From a bacterium (GTDB lineage: Bacteria > JACRDZ01 > JAQUKH01): DNA of 64,000 bases. The stretch spans positions 548 through 64,547 of the forward strand of contig JBFMCF010000054.1 of assembly GCA_040754625.1 (NCBI GenBank), in the 5' to 3' direction. A program made the position numbers and the translations under genes. The notes beneath the pieces are model-generated. The model was not told the origin of the DNA, did no database searches, and saw nothing but the letters and a program-made list of their open reading frames with translations. This document shows, in pieces, positions 29,920-39,299 of the stretch; positions within the stretch are counted from its first letter, which is position 1; every line of letters begins with the position of its first letter.

Positions 29920-31647
29920 TTAATGTCCGCCAAATGTTACCCTGACAACCTCTTCAATTGAAGTCATCCCTTTTTTAAACTTGATTAACGCGCTGTCCCT
30001 TAATGTATTCATGCCCTGTTTGCGCGCTAAATCCCTTATTTCAATAGAGCTTGCTCTTTTAAGGATTAATTCCTTGATTTCTTCTGTTATCGGCATTACT
30101 TCATATATGGCAAGCCTGCCTTTGTATCCCCTGCCATTGCAATTCTGGCAGTCCTTGCCCCGGCCTTTGTAAAATTTATTGTTCTTAATCTCTTCCTGTG
30201 TTATTCCTAAATCAAGCAGCGCCTGTTCAGGATATTTTACTGCCTCTTTACATTCAGGGCATATCTTCCTTATAAGGCGCTGTGCCATAATCAGGACCGT
30301 GGCGGAAGCAATTAAAAAAGGCTCGATCCCCATGTTCATAAAACGGCTGATAGTGCTTGGCGCGTCATTCGTATGTAAAGTGCTCAAAACCAGATGACCG
30401 GTCAACGCGGCTTTAATTGCGATATCCGCCGTTTCAAAATCCCGGATTTCACCGACCATTACAATATTCGGGTCCTGCCTTAAAAATGAACGCAGGGCGG
30501 CGGCGAATGTAAGCCCTATATCTTCCTTTACATGGACCTGGTTAATTCCTTTCAGATTATACTCAACGGGGTCCTCTGCCGTCATTATATTTGTGGTCAC
30601 GGCGTTAATCGTGTCAAGGGCGGAATATAAAGTGGTTGTTTTGCCGCTCCCTGTAGGCCCGGTTACAAGGACCATCCCGTAAGGGCTGTGGATGCCTTTT
30701 TGAAAATTATTTAACTCGGTCTCCTCAAAACCAAGCTGGGTCAAATCCAGCATCAGTGAACTTTTATCCAGGATTCTCATAACAATCTTTTCCCCGAAAA
30801 GAGTAGGGAGTGTGGAAACGCGCAGGTCTATGGATTTATTTTTTAATTTCAGCTTTATCCTTCCGTCCTGGGGCAAACGCCTTTCAGCGATATCAAGCTC
30901 CGCCATAATTTTTAAACGCGAGATAATCGCGCTTTTAAGCCTGAGCGGCGGCTGCATCACTTCATAAAGGACGCCGTCTATCCTGAACCTCACCCGGAAA
31001 ACCTGCTCGTAGGGTTCAATATGAATATCACTCGCACCTTTTGATACCGCGTCGGCAAGTATGGAGTTTACAAGTTTAACTACGGGCGCCTCTTCAATCG
31101 CCTCTTTGAGCTTATTAACATCAACCTCTTCTTCCTCTTCAACAACCTCAAGTTCACCGCCTTCCCCTTTTTCTTTGTCCATGTCTTTTAAAACTTCTTC
31201 CATCGCACCCGAAGAGGCGTAAAAATTTTCTATTACCTTCCTGATAGCGGTCTCTGAAGACACAAGCGGAAGAATTTCACAGCCTGTCATAAACTTTAAA
31301 TCGTCGATCGCAAACACGTTTTTGGGATTCGCGATGGCGACAGATAAAACATTGCCGTTTTTTTCAAGCGGGACGACAAGATATTTTTGCGCGGAATCCG
31401 CGGAAATAAGCTTTAAAATATTTTTATTAAATTCATAGTGGCTCAAGTCAACAGACGCAATCCCATACTGTTTTCCTAAAAACGCAGTAATAGTTTCCTC
31501 AGTGACAAATTTCAGCCTAATCAGGTTATTACCTATAGTGCCGCCTTGCTTTTGCTGGTTTTCTATTGCCTTCTCCAGTTGTTCTTCAGTAATAATTCCG
31601 GCTTCCACAAGCATCTGTCCGAGCTGTTTATTTGATTTCTCAGCCAT
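29920..31647 (-). CDS. pilB: type IV pilus assembly ATPase (GspE family)
   Basis: 575 aa. N-terminal GSPII domain, Walker A GPTGSGKTT and a tetracysteine motif. Confidence 0.9.
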   Translation of the reverse strand: MAEKSNKQLGQMLVEAGIITEEQLEKAIENQQKQGGTIGNNLIRLKFVTEETITAFLGKQYGIASVDLSHYEFNKNILKLISADSAQKYLVVPLEKNGNVLSVAIANPKNVFAIDDLKFMTGCEILPLVSSETAIRKVIENFYASSGAMEEVLKDMDKEKGEGGELEVVEEEEEVDVNKLKEAIEEAPVVKLVNSILADAVSKGASDIHIEPYEQVFRVRFRIDGVLYEVMQPPLRLKSAIISRLKIMAELDIAERRLPQDGRIKLKLKNKSIDLRVSTLPTLFGEKIVMRILDKSSLMLDLTQLGFEETELNNFQKGIHSPYGMVLVTGPTGSGKTTTLYSALDTINAVTTNIMTAEDPVEYNLKGINQVHVKEDIGLTFAAALRSFLRQDPNIVMVGEIRDFETADIAIKAALTGHLVLSTLHTNDAPSTISRFMNMGIEPFLIASATVLIMAQRLIRKICPECKEAVKYPEQALLDLGITQEEIKNNKFYKGRGKDCQNCNGRGYKGRLAIYEVMPITEEIKELILKRASSIEIRDLARKQGMNTLRDSALIKFKKGMTSIEEVVRVTFGGH

Positions 31648-31685
31648 TTTTTACTCCTTCATGCTATTATTATCTTATCGTGATT

Positions 31686-32555
31686 TTATTTCTTCTGCTT
31701 TATGAAATTTTTTACCGCGTGCTGAATTATTTTTACCGGCGGTTTCTTGCCCGTCCATATCTCAAAGGCCGATACTGCCTGGTAAATCAGCATCCCTAAA
31801 CCGTCTATTGCCTCCAGTTTTCTCTTTTTTGCCTCTATAAGCAATTTTGTCCCGAACGGAGAATAAATAAGATCATAAAACAATAAATCTTTGTGCAGAA
31901 AATTTGTATTAATCAACAACCCGTCGCCGTGTTTCAATCCCACAGAGGTAGTGTTCACCAAAAGACTGCTTTCCTGCAAATATCCTTCAATGTTTTTCTC
32001 GTTAAGCGAGACCGCGTCCATGACGCACTGCGGAAATCTCTTGTTTAATTCATGGACAAGTTTTTTCGCCCTGTCGATATTCCGGTTTGCAACTATTATA
32101 TGCCCTGTTTTTTCCCTGGCCAGGGCAAAAACAACCGCCCGGGCGGAACCTCCCGCCCCCAGGACAAAAACTGTTTTCCCCTTCGGTTTTGTGAAACTTG
32201 TTTCATTTTTTAAAGAAAGGATAAACCCATCCGCATCGGTATTAAATCCTTTCAATTTATCTTTTTCAAGCTTAATTGTGTTTACGGCACCTATAATACC
32301 CGCGTCGTCATCAATAAAATCCAGGTAAGGGATACATGTCTCTTTATGAGGAATTGTTAAATTGACACCGCATATTCCAAGTGTCTTTATACCGGCTAAA
32401 CTTTGTTTAATGTCCTCGGGTTTTACCAAAAACGGGAGATAAACATAATTTAATCCAAGATATTCAAACGCAGTATTATGAATTACGGGCGACAGTGTAT
32501 GTTCAACCGGGCACCCGAAAATACCGGTTATTTTAGTTTTACCGTTAATTATCAT
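31686..32555 (-). CDS. aroE: shikimate dehydrogenase
   Basis: 289 aa. ...GIFGCPVEHTLSPVIHN... Confidence 0.85.
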   Translation of the reverse strand: MIINGKTKITGIFGCPVEHTLSPVIHNTAFEYLGLNYVYLPFLVKPEDIKQSLAGIKTLGICGVNLTIPHKETCIPYLDFIDDDAGIIGAVNTIKLEKDKLKGFNTDADGFILSLKNETSFTKPKGKTVFVLGAGGSARAVVFALAREKTGHIIVANRNIDRAKKLVHELNKRFPQCVMDAVSLNEKNIEGYLQESSLLVNTTSVGLKHGDGLLINTNFLHKDLLFYDLIYSPFGTKLLIEAKKRKLEAIDGLGMLIYQAVSAFEIWTGKKPPVKIIQHAVKNFIKQKK

Positions 32556-32566
32556 AAAGCCGTGTA

Positions 32567-32887
32567 TTATTTATTCTGGCGGTTAGTAATTTTTTCAATT
32601 TCTGCTTCTTTAACTTTAACAAGAGCTTCCAATTTTTTTATATCCTCGCATAATTTAATAATTTCATCATCTTTAATTTTATGATATCTATATACTTTTT
32701 TCCCAATCAGGTTAAAATTTCCGTCCATTTTGTGTTTCAGATTTATTATATCCAGTTTTAATTTTCCCGTATGATAAAAATTTACCCCCTCTTCTTTTCC
32801 CTTCTTCGCAAGCCCGACTACCGTCTCGCCGAGCTTTCCCAGGTTCCTCTTTGCATCTTCAAATATATCATCTTTTTTGTCCGGCAT
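32567..32887 (-). CDS. hypothetical coiled-coil protein
   Basis: 106-aa ORF between aroE and comEC. No recognisable family. Confidence 0.35.
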   Translation of the reverse strand: MPDKKDDIFEDAKRNLGKLGETVVGLAKKGKEEGVNFYHTGKLKLDIINLKHKMDGNFNLIGKKVYRYHKIKDDEIIKLCEDIKKLEALVKVKEAEIEKITNRQNK

Positions 32888-34391
32888 AAAATCCCTTCCT
32901 GTTTATATATAAAAGTATAATAATATAATAGCACAAAATAAAAAATAAACCAGCACTTTGTATATGAAAATTCGAATAAGGAAGCTGCGCGAAAAAAAGA
33001 ACGATTTTCTCCAGTGTTATAAGTAAAAACCAGTTTGTGTCCGCCAATATTTTTACAAGAAAAGAAATTTTTGAAAAAATGACCATTGAAATACCCAGAT
33101 ACAAAATAATACCTACAAGCGGGACGACAAAAATATTCGCTATTACCGATATTAAACTGACCTGCTGAAAATAAAAAGCGCCTACAGGCCACACTCCGAC
33201 CTGAATTGCCAGAGAAAGTAAGAAAAGCTCTTTAGCGCTGTGAGAAAATTTACCCATATAATTATCAGGGAAATTCATGTTTATCCTTTTTAGATCTTCC
33301 ATTTTCCCCTTCTCTTCTTTATTTATTTTTTTTATTTGGATTTTTTCAAGCTCCGGATATATCAATATCATGGATAAAACGCAAATAAAAGAAAGCTGAA
33401 AACTGATCGAAAAAAGGGCCAGCGGGTTGAACAATAAAATAATCAAAGCGGCCAGAGATAAACTGTTTAAAACATCGTTCTCCCGCTCCAGGATGTATCC
33501 AAAAAAAATGATGGTTAATGTAATGGCCGAACGGACCACAGGAGGATTCATTCCTGTAGCCAGGGAATAAAACCAAATCATTAAAATACTTGGAATAACC
33601 GCTATTTTTCTAGGTAATCTCAATATACCCACTAAGATCATGAAACTTATTGTTCCTATCAGGCCGACATTCATTCCCGATACCGCAAGGATGTGCACGG
33701 TTCCCGTATCCCTGAATATCTTCTGAACCCCTTCAGGAATAGTCTGATCGCCGCCCAGAACAATCCCGCTGATCAAAACAGACTCCATCCTAGGGAGATA
33801 ATAAAAATATAAATTTTGAATATATTTTTTGAAAGAAATACTTGATTTTTTTATGCTATTTCCTTTACCCTCTCCGATTTTCTCTACCTTTGAACCGCCC
33901 GTATTGGAAACCGCGTTAATATCCTCGCTTAAAAGATAAAAAGGCGGTTCTTCCAGTGCTCCTTTGAATTTAACAATATCGTTATAGGAAAATATTCGCC
34001 CGCCATAGGCCCTGAGCCGAATAAAACCTTTTATTTCTTCGTCGTTAATATTTTTCAGTGATAAATCATAATCCGTCCATTTGGGATATATTTTAGGCTC
34101 ATCCGCGATCTTCCCGGTAATTTCCACCTCGTTTCCGATAAATCTTTTAAGATTTTCGGACTTGGGGCTTTGGATTGAGTTTAAAGTAAGAATAAAACCA
34201 GAGGATAAAATAGCCAGGCTCAGAAAGATATTACAAATTATCTCTTTTTGCTTAATAAAGAAAAAAACCGAAAAAAGAAAAGAAACAATTAGAAATAGGA
34301 AAATTTGATAAAACGGCAGATAAAAATAACGCCCCAGAATAATACCAAAAATAAAAATGCTCAGAACTTTAAGGCATGGTTGTTTCGTCAT
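32868..34391 (-). CDS. comEC: ComEC/Rec2-family DNA internalisation channel protein (no metallo-beta-lactamase domain)
   Basis: 507 aa, polytopic, with a ...HILAVSGMNVGLIG... competence motif. Confidence 0.8.
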   Translation of the reverse strand: MTKQPCLKVLSIFIFGIILGRYFYLPFYQIFLFLIVSFLFSVFFFIKQKEIICNIFLSLAILSSGFILTLNSIQSPKSENLKRFIGNEVEITGKIADEPKIYPKWTDYDLSLKNINDEEIKGFIRLRAYGGRIFSYNDIVKFKGALEEPPFYLLSEDINAVSNTGGSKVEKIGEGKGNSIKKSSISFKKYIQNLYFYYLPRMESVLISGIVLGGDQTIPEGVQKIFRDTGTVHILAVSGMNVGLIGTISFMILVGILRLPRKIAVIPSILMIWFYSLATGMNPPVVRSAITLTIIFFGYILERENDVLNSLSLAALIILLFNPLALFSISFQLSFICVLSMILIYPELEKIQIKKINKEEKGKMEDLKRINMNFPDNYMGKFSHSAKELFLLSLAIQVGVWPVGAFYFQQVSLISVIANIFVVPLVGIILYLGISMVIFSKISFLVKILADTNWFLLITLEKIVLFFAQLPYSNFHIQSAGLFFILCYYIIILLYINRKGFYAGQKR

Positions 34392-34399
34392 TTGACAAA

Positions 34400-34636
34400 T
34401 TAATCCAAATCAGCCACTTTTGTAACTTGCCTGTATGTTATATCTTTGAATTCATTAAAATGCGCGTATCCGCACTTAATTTTTCTTTTTTCGCTGACTT
34501 TCAATTCCTGCCCTTCCGACTTTGTTTCCGCGACAAAGTAAATCGTTTTCTCATTCTTTTTGACTAAAGCCCAGTCCGGGTTATAATCTCCGATAGGTGT
34601 TTTAATTTTAAACCAGAATGGAAGTTTAAAATAAAA
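34400..34636 (-). pseudogene. C-terminal PD-ExK nuclease segment of the Type III Res-like gene, in frame with 34637..37024 but separated from it by a TAA
   Basis: Same-frame translation directly after the TAA at 34637-34639 gives FYFKLPFWFKIKTPIGDYNPDWALVKKNEKTIYFVAETKSEGQELKVSEKRKIKCGYAHFNEFKDITYRQVTKVADLD*. This has a Res-type PD...E-x-K motif. There is no start codon of its own. Confidence 0.6.
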
Positions 34637-37024
34637 TTAAATATCGTCCCTGTTTTCACATTCCTTCGCGAATTCGTACTCCACATTGGAATCGAGCGGC
34701 ATAAGCGCGCTATAAATGGTTTTACCCTGGTTGGATATATTAAAAGTCAGGCCGTTCACATGGATATCATATTCTTCAAACAACCGCATTTCATACTCCC
34801 TGTTCCCTATTTTTTCATATTTGATACCGTCAATCATTAGCCCGGAAAGAACATCTTTGACGGCTGTAACAGTGTTATCGAGAAAAAGCTGCGGATTAAT
34901 GAACACATCGTTTATTCTGCCTGAGTCTTTTAGTATTTCCAGAATTGTCGCCCGCGTGAGTTCCGTGCGTTCCTGTATATAAAAAAGAATATCGGGAATT
35001 TGAAATATGCTGTCAATTGAAGTTGTATAAGAAGCTCTTATTTCAGCAATAATGCCGGATTCGTCGAATTCCAAAGCCGTTTTTGTGGTTTTGATTACGG
35101 CTTTTTTAATCAAAGGCATATTCCGCACTGCTTCTGCGGCTTTTTGTATCAGATCAAAGGTCTGGTATTCCACTTTGTAATTTGTCTGATATTTTATTTT
35201 ATCCCAGATTTGTTTAAATTTCTCATCCAGCTCAAAACCTTTGCGATACCTGACTGTTTTTCTTTTTTCCTTGTTCTTAATCCTGCCCGCGAAGGATACC
35301 CCGCAATCCTCTTCGATTTCTGTCTGAAGCTGTTTGGCAAACTCCTCATACGATTCATTGGCGATAACAGTCAATCTGTTCACACCGGGATCCTGGACAC
35401 GATTCCCTTCCTGATTTACGGAAAGCCTCAGGCCTCGCCCGATTTCCTGTCTTTTTTTAAGCTCGGATTTTGTTTCATTTAGCGTGCATATCTGAAACAC
35501 ATTCGGATTATCCCATCCCTCCCGCAACGCCGAATGGCTGAAAATAAAGCGGAGCGGCTCATTGCTGTCAAGAAGCTGTTCCTTGTTTTTCATTATCAGC
35601 TTAAAGGTATCGTCATCATCCAGGGTATTGCCTTTCGTGTCTTTCCATTTTCCTTTTTTATCCTTCGAAAAATAACCATTATGGACCTCTTCCGCTTTAA
35701 ATGGAAGTAACCCTTTATATGCCGATTTTTCTGAAATTTCATCAAATATTTTTTCGAACCATAACGCGAATTTACCTTTAACCGCGTTCCCGGCGGCATC
35801 ATAACTTCGATAATTCGCCACCCTGTCGATAAAAAACAACGACAAAACTTTTATCCCTTTATCTTTTAGTTTTCTCTCCTTTAAAAAATGCTCTTCCACC
35901 GCCTTTCCTATCTGTATTTTCATTACCTCATCGGAAAATCCGCCGAACGTATTGCCGATAAATAAGTTTTCGCCGTTTGAAAGCTCAATAAATCCCTCCG
36001 CGGCATCTATACCGTTAATAATGTATCCATTTTTGTATATTTCCCGTTTGCCGGATAACTCATATAAATCATCGCCGACTCTTGCGGTGACTGACTTTCT
36101 TTTTACCCCGTCTTTTGTATTAATATCTATTTTTATTTTTGCCGAGGTGCTGGTTTTGGCAGTATTTACCTTTTCGAGACAAATAAAACCCCCGTTAAAA
36201 TCATTTTCTGTGACAACGGAATCCACCTCAATTTGTTTCACGAGCCCGAGATCATACGCCTTGACCGGATCGAGACTATAAACCATGTTGTAGCGATTTG
36301 TATGCGTGGCGGAATAACGCAGGGTACACAGGGGATTCAAATTTCCCACCGCTTTTTTCCTGATATCAGTCTCCATGTTTTGCGGTTCATCGACAATAAC
36401 AATCGGCATTGTTGCCTGGATGAATTCAACAGGTTTTTTCCCTGTAAGCTTATCGTTGGGTTTATTGATTATATTTTCGTCTTTGGCAAAAGAATCAATA
36501 TTGATGACCAATATCTGAATATTATTGCTGACGGCAAAATTTCTCAGATTTGAGACCCGTTTTGAATCGTATATCTGAAAATTCACGGGTATCTTATCGT
36601 AAAGGTTCTGGAAATGATCAAATGTGATTTCAAGATTTTTAAGGACACCCTCGCGAATGGCAACGGATGGGACAACTATAACGAATTTTTTAAAACCATA
36701 CTTTTTATTAAGTTCGTAAATCGTGCGCAGATACACATAAGTTTTGCCCGTCCCCGTTTCCATCTCAACGGAAAAATTCAATCCGTCCAATTTCTCGGTT
36801 ATGGCAATTTCATTTAACCTTTGTATATCCCTTAAATTTTTGAAAATCTGTTCTTCGCTGATAGAAAGCCTGTTGCCAATGCCATCTTCGTTCAAAAACA
36901 AACTTTCATTTTGAAATGAAAATCCGAAATCACCCTGATTTAACGGCTGGCCCTCGAATATATTGACAATGGAGTTTATGGCATCGTGCTGGTATTGCTG
37001 GTTTGGGTCGAAATGAAGTTTCAT
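34637..37024 (-). CDS. Type III restriction enzyme Res-subunit-like SF2 helicase (795 aa up to an in-frame TAA)
   Basis: N-terminus MKLHFDPNQQYQHDAINSIV... and motif I ...METGTGKTY..., DEPQN (DEAH-like) and helicase C motifs are typical of EcoP15I-type Res. There is no mod gene in the operon. Confidence 0.8.
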   Translation of the reverse strand: MKLHFDPNQQYQHDAINSIVNIFEGQPLNQGDFGFSFQNESLFLNEDGIGNRLSISEEQIFKNLRDIQRLNEIAITEKLDGLNFSVEMETGTGKTYVYLRTIYELNKKYGFKKFVIVVPSVAIREGVLKNLEITFDHFQNLYDKIPVNFQIYDSKRVSNLRNFAVSNNIQILVINIDSFAKDENIINKPNDKLTGKKPVEFIQATMPIVIVDEPQNMETDIRKKAVGNLNPLCTLRYSATHTNRYNMVYSLDPVKAYDLGLVKQIEVDSVVTENDFNGGFICLEKVNTAKTSTSAKIKIDINTKDGVKRKSVTARVGDDLYELSGKREIYKNGYIINGIDAAEGFIELSNGENLFIGNTFGGFSDEVMKIQIGKAVEEHFLKERKLKDKGIKVLSLFFIDRVANYRSYDAAGNAVKGKFALWFEKIFDEISEKSAYKGLLPFKAEEVHNGYFSKDKKGKWKDTKGNTLDDDDTFKLIMKNKEQLLDSNEPLRFIFSHSALREGWDNPNVFQICTLNETKSELKKRQEIGRGLRLSVNQEGNRVQDPGVNRLTVIANESYEEFAKQLQTEIEEDCGVSFAGRIKNKEKRKTVRYRKGFELDEKFKQIWDKIKYQTNYKVEYQTFDLIQKAAEAVRNMPLIKKAVIKTTKTALEFDESGIIAEIRASYTTSIDSIFQIPDILFYIQERTELTRATILEILKDSGRINDVFINPQLFLDNTVTAVKDVLSGLMIDGIKYEKIGNREYEMRLFEEYDIHVNGLTFNISNQGKTIYSALMPLDSNVEYEFAKECENRDDI

Positions 37025-37254
37025 TAATTGTCTTTTAATTTTTGGATTGATTTTTCTTCAAAATCAGTATCATCTTCAATTATCGAATCATCGCATACAT
37101 CATAATCAATAGCATGAATGATTTCACAAATCGTCTTTCCTTTTTTCAATAATACCTTTGAAAGTTCCGGGAAACGTTTTTTTATGTCACTACAAAATTC
37201 TTCGAGTTCTAAGCAAAATCTTTTATCAAAATAATCCCAATGTCCGCCACTCAT
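37024..37254 (-). CDS. hypothetical small acidic protein (76 aa)
   Basis: Its stop overlaps the Res start (TAATG). Acidic C-terminus. No family recognised. Confidence 0.5.
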   Translation of the reverse strand: MSGGHWDYFDKRFCLELEEFCSDIKKRFPELSKVLLKKGKTICEIIHAIDYDVCDDSIIEDDTDFEEKSIQKLKDN

Positions 37255-37297
37255 TATAAATTAATCTCCTCTATTCAAATTCTATATAAATCAAGCA

Positions 37298-38047
37298 TTA
37301 AGCAACTAGTCTTAATTTTCTTTCTTCTTTCCTCGTCCAAGGGAATTCAATAATACCGTATTCAGCAATAGCCTGGGATACTTCCGATGGAATTTCTTTT
37401 TCAAGGTCATTAAGAATCATTATCCCTTCATTATTGCGGGCAAGTTTTGTATCTTCAAAAGCAAAAAGATGCGCCATAATATTCTGTTTTTTAGGGCTAT
37501 TTACGACCTTTAAAATTCTCTCGCCGGCTTTATCCGAAGGTGGTATTAAAATATCAAATTTATGCTGGAAAGTGCTTTTTCCCTGCAATATAATATTTCG
37601 TGAAAATCGAACGGAATTCTGCATCAGAAAATTAACAACATCCTCAAGAAAGAAAGCCTCCACTTTCGGTTCAGCCAAAACAAATAAATCATCTACTGAT
37701 AAAACAGCTTGTATTAAATTATGTTTTTTAACAGGGAATGTCGAGGGTGTCGCAAAGGTCATAAGTTCATTGCCTTTTACCATAACTCCAAATCCATTTA
37801 ATATGATTTCCAGCTCTTTCTTCCTAGAAGGAGAACTTAAATCAAGTCCCTCCATTTCTAAATTTGATATAGTTTCGCCGTCATCCGTCATGATTATTTT
37901 ATCATTCGCGTCCTTTTTTAAATAAATCTGTATATAATCATTTATATGATTAACAAATGGTGTGGTAATTTCATAATAACCATTAATTTCTTTATAGGTG
38001 ATTTTTTGTTTTAACCAGTCAATATAACTCTGAATAAGTTCTTTCAT
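37298..38047 (-). CDS. hypothetical protein, DUF1828/DUF1829-like
   Basis: 249 aa. N-terminal ...YIDWLKQKITYKEINGYYEITTPFVNHINDYIQIYL... and C-terminal ...VRFSRNIILQGKSTFQHKFDILIPP... resemble the DUF1828/DUF1829 pair, recalled from memory rather than searched. ATGA overlap with the upstream ORF. Confidence 0.5.
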   Translation of the reverse strand: MKELIQSYIDWLKQKITYKEINGYYEITTPFVNHINDYIQIYLKKDANDKIIMTDDGETISNLEMEGLDLSSPSRKKELEIILNGFGVMVKGNELMTFATPSTFPVKKHNLIQAVLSVDDLFVLAEPKVEAFFLEDVVNFLMQNSVRFSRNIILQGKSTFQHKFDILIPPSDKAGERILKVVNSPKKQNIMAHLFAFEDTKLARNNEGIMILNDLEKEIPSEVSQAIAEYGIIEFPWTRKEERKLRLVA

Positions 38048-38532
38048 ATAAATAATGTCTCCTTAACTTTGGGCATAGAAATTACATTGCAATATTCTAA
38101 AAATTTATTCATTATTTCATAAAAACTTTGGTTTGTAATATTTAAAAATAGTTCTATAGGCACAGCCCATTTATGATTAAATCCTTCCACATATATGTGA
38201 ATATGAGGGCAAACTACAACAACGCCATTGTATGATTGTAAAATATCAAGAGGAGGATTTTCAACTTCCGGATTAGGATGTGAGGGGCCTTCTATATCTA
38301 ATCGCCTTAAAACAAACGACTTTCTTGCTCTGTTTTGATAGGTTATTTTTTCCGCTTTGATACTTGCTCTCGTTATATCAAACAAAAATAATTCTCTTTT
38401 ATCTTTTGATGTAAATGGCAAAACTAATTTCTCGCCCTGGCAGGGAAAATTAAATTCCTTGTTTCCCTCTTCAGGAATTTTTTCCATCGCGAAGAAAAAA
38501 TCTGCGTCCTTTTGGCTTAAAAAATGTGGCAT
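38044..38532 (-). CDS. hypothetical protein (about 162 aa)
   Basis: Start set at MPHFLSQKD..., which is preceded by GAGGAG. The ORF track extends to 38565. No family recognised. Confidence 0.5.
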   Translation of the reverse strand: MPHFLSQKDADFFFAMEKIPEEGNKEFNFPCQGEKLVLPFTSKDKRELFLFDITRASIKAEKITYQNRARKSFVLRRLDIEGPSHPNPEVENPPLDILQSYNGVVVVCPHIHIYVEGFNHKWAVPIELFLNITNQSFYEIMNKFLEYCNVISMPKVKETLFI

Positions 38533-38827
38533 CTTTATTTTCTCCTCACACCGTCTTAAACTCAATCCCCGCGTCCTTCATCTGCAACGCGGTATTGGTT
38601 TTTAATTGATCATTATTCTTAAATAATCGGTCTAATGTGATAACCTTATGAGGTTTTTTAGAAATTACATTCTTAATGATTTTTTCATTAATTTTTTCCA
38701 AAACGAGGGCAATTTTCCATTTATTCCAGTTCGTTTCTTACTCATAATCGCAAATTCTACAGTAAAATCATATAAAAATCAAACTAAGTTTTTACAAAAT
38801 TTTTACATGATCCGTTTCCTAAGAATA

Positions 38828-39202
38828 TTATTTGGTTTCTTTGTCATTTACGGTGATTTGCTCTCTTATTTTACTGAACTTTTTCTCCCCGATACCGCGG
38901 ACTTTTTTAATATCTTCGATAACCTTAAATCCCCCGGACTTTTCACGGTACTTTATAATTTCCGCGGCGATCTTCGGCCCTATTCCCGGAAGCGTGTCCA
39001 GCTCCCCGATTGAGGCGGTGTTAATATTTATTTTTTTGTTTATTGTCCTTACGGCGCCATGATTTGCCAGCCTTTCTGTTTTAACGGATTCGAAAGAAGT
39101 GAGGGCCCCTCTGCCCCTCGCCCACTGGACACCCAGGCCCAGAATAATCGCGCCGGTTAAAAATAGAATAATGATCTTTTCCTGTTTGGTAAAATAAAAC
39201 AT
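38828..39202 (-). CDS. comEA: ComEA-like DNA receptor (TM + helix-hairpin-helix)
   Basis: 124 aa. ...INTASIGELDTLPGIGPKIAAEIIKYRE... HhH motifs. Confidence 0.8.
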   Translation of the reverse strand: MFYFTKQEKIIILFLTGAIILGLGVQWARGRGALTSFESVKTERLANHGAVRTINKKININTASIGELDTLPGIGPKIAAEIIKYREKSGGFKVIEDIKKVRGIGEKKFSKIREQITVNDKETK

Positions 39203-39208
39203 AATATT

Positions 39209-39279
39209 AAAAAAAAATCACCAGTGCACCAGTCACCACGCCACCAGTTTAAGACTATTTTTTCTTTTGCTGGTGACTT
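39209..39279 (-). terminator. terminator-like hairpin plus T9 run after hflX
   Basis: On the minus strand there is a stem (AGTCACCAG.../...CTGGTGACT) followed by TTTTTTTTT. Confidence 0.45.
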
Positions 39280-39299
39280 TGAGACTTGTAACCTTTATA

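Noticed and set aside
32818-33192. 124-aa minus-strand ORF
   Set aside because: Overlaps the comEC 3' end and the 106-aa ORF in another frame. No support.
34637-34639. Possibility that TAA is recoded (alternative genetic code)
   Set aside because: Many well-supported genes in the window terminate with TAA at expected positions, so TAA functions as a stop here.
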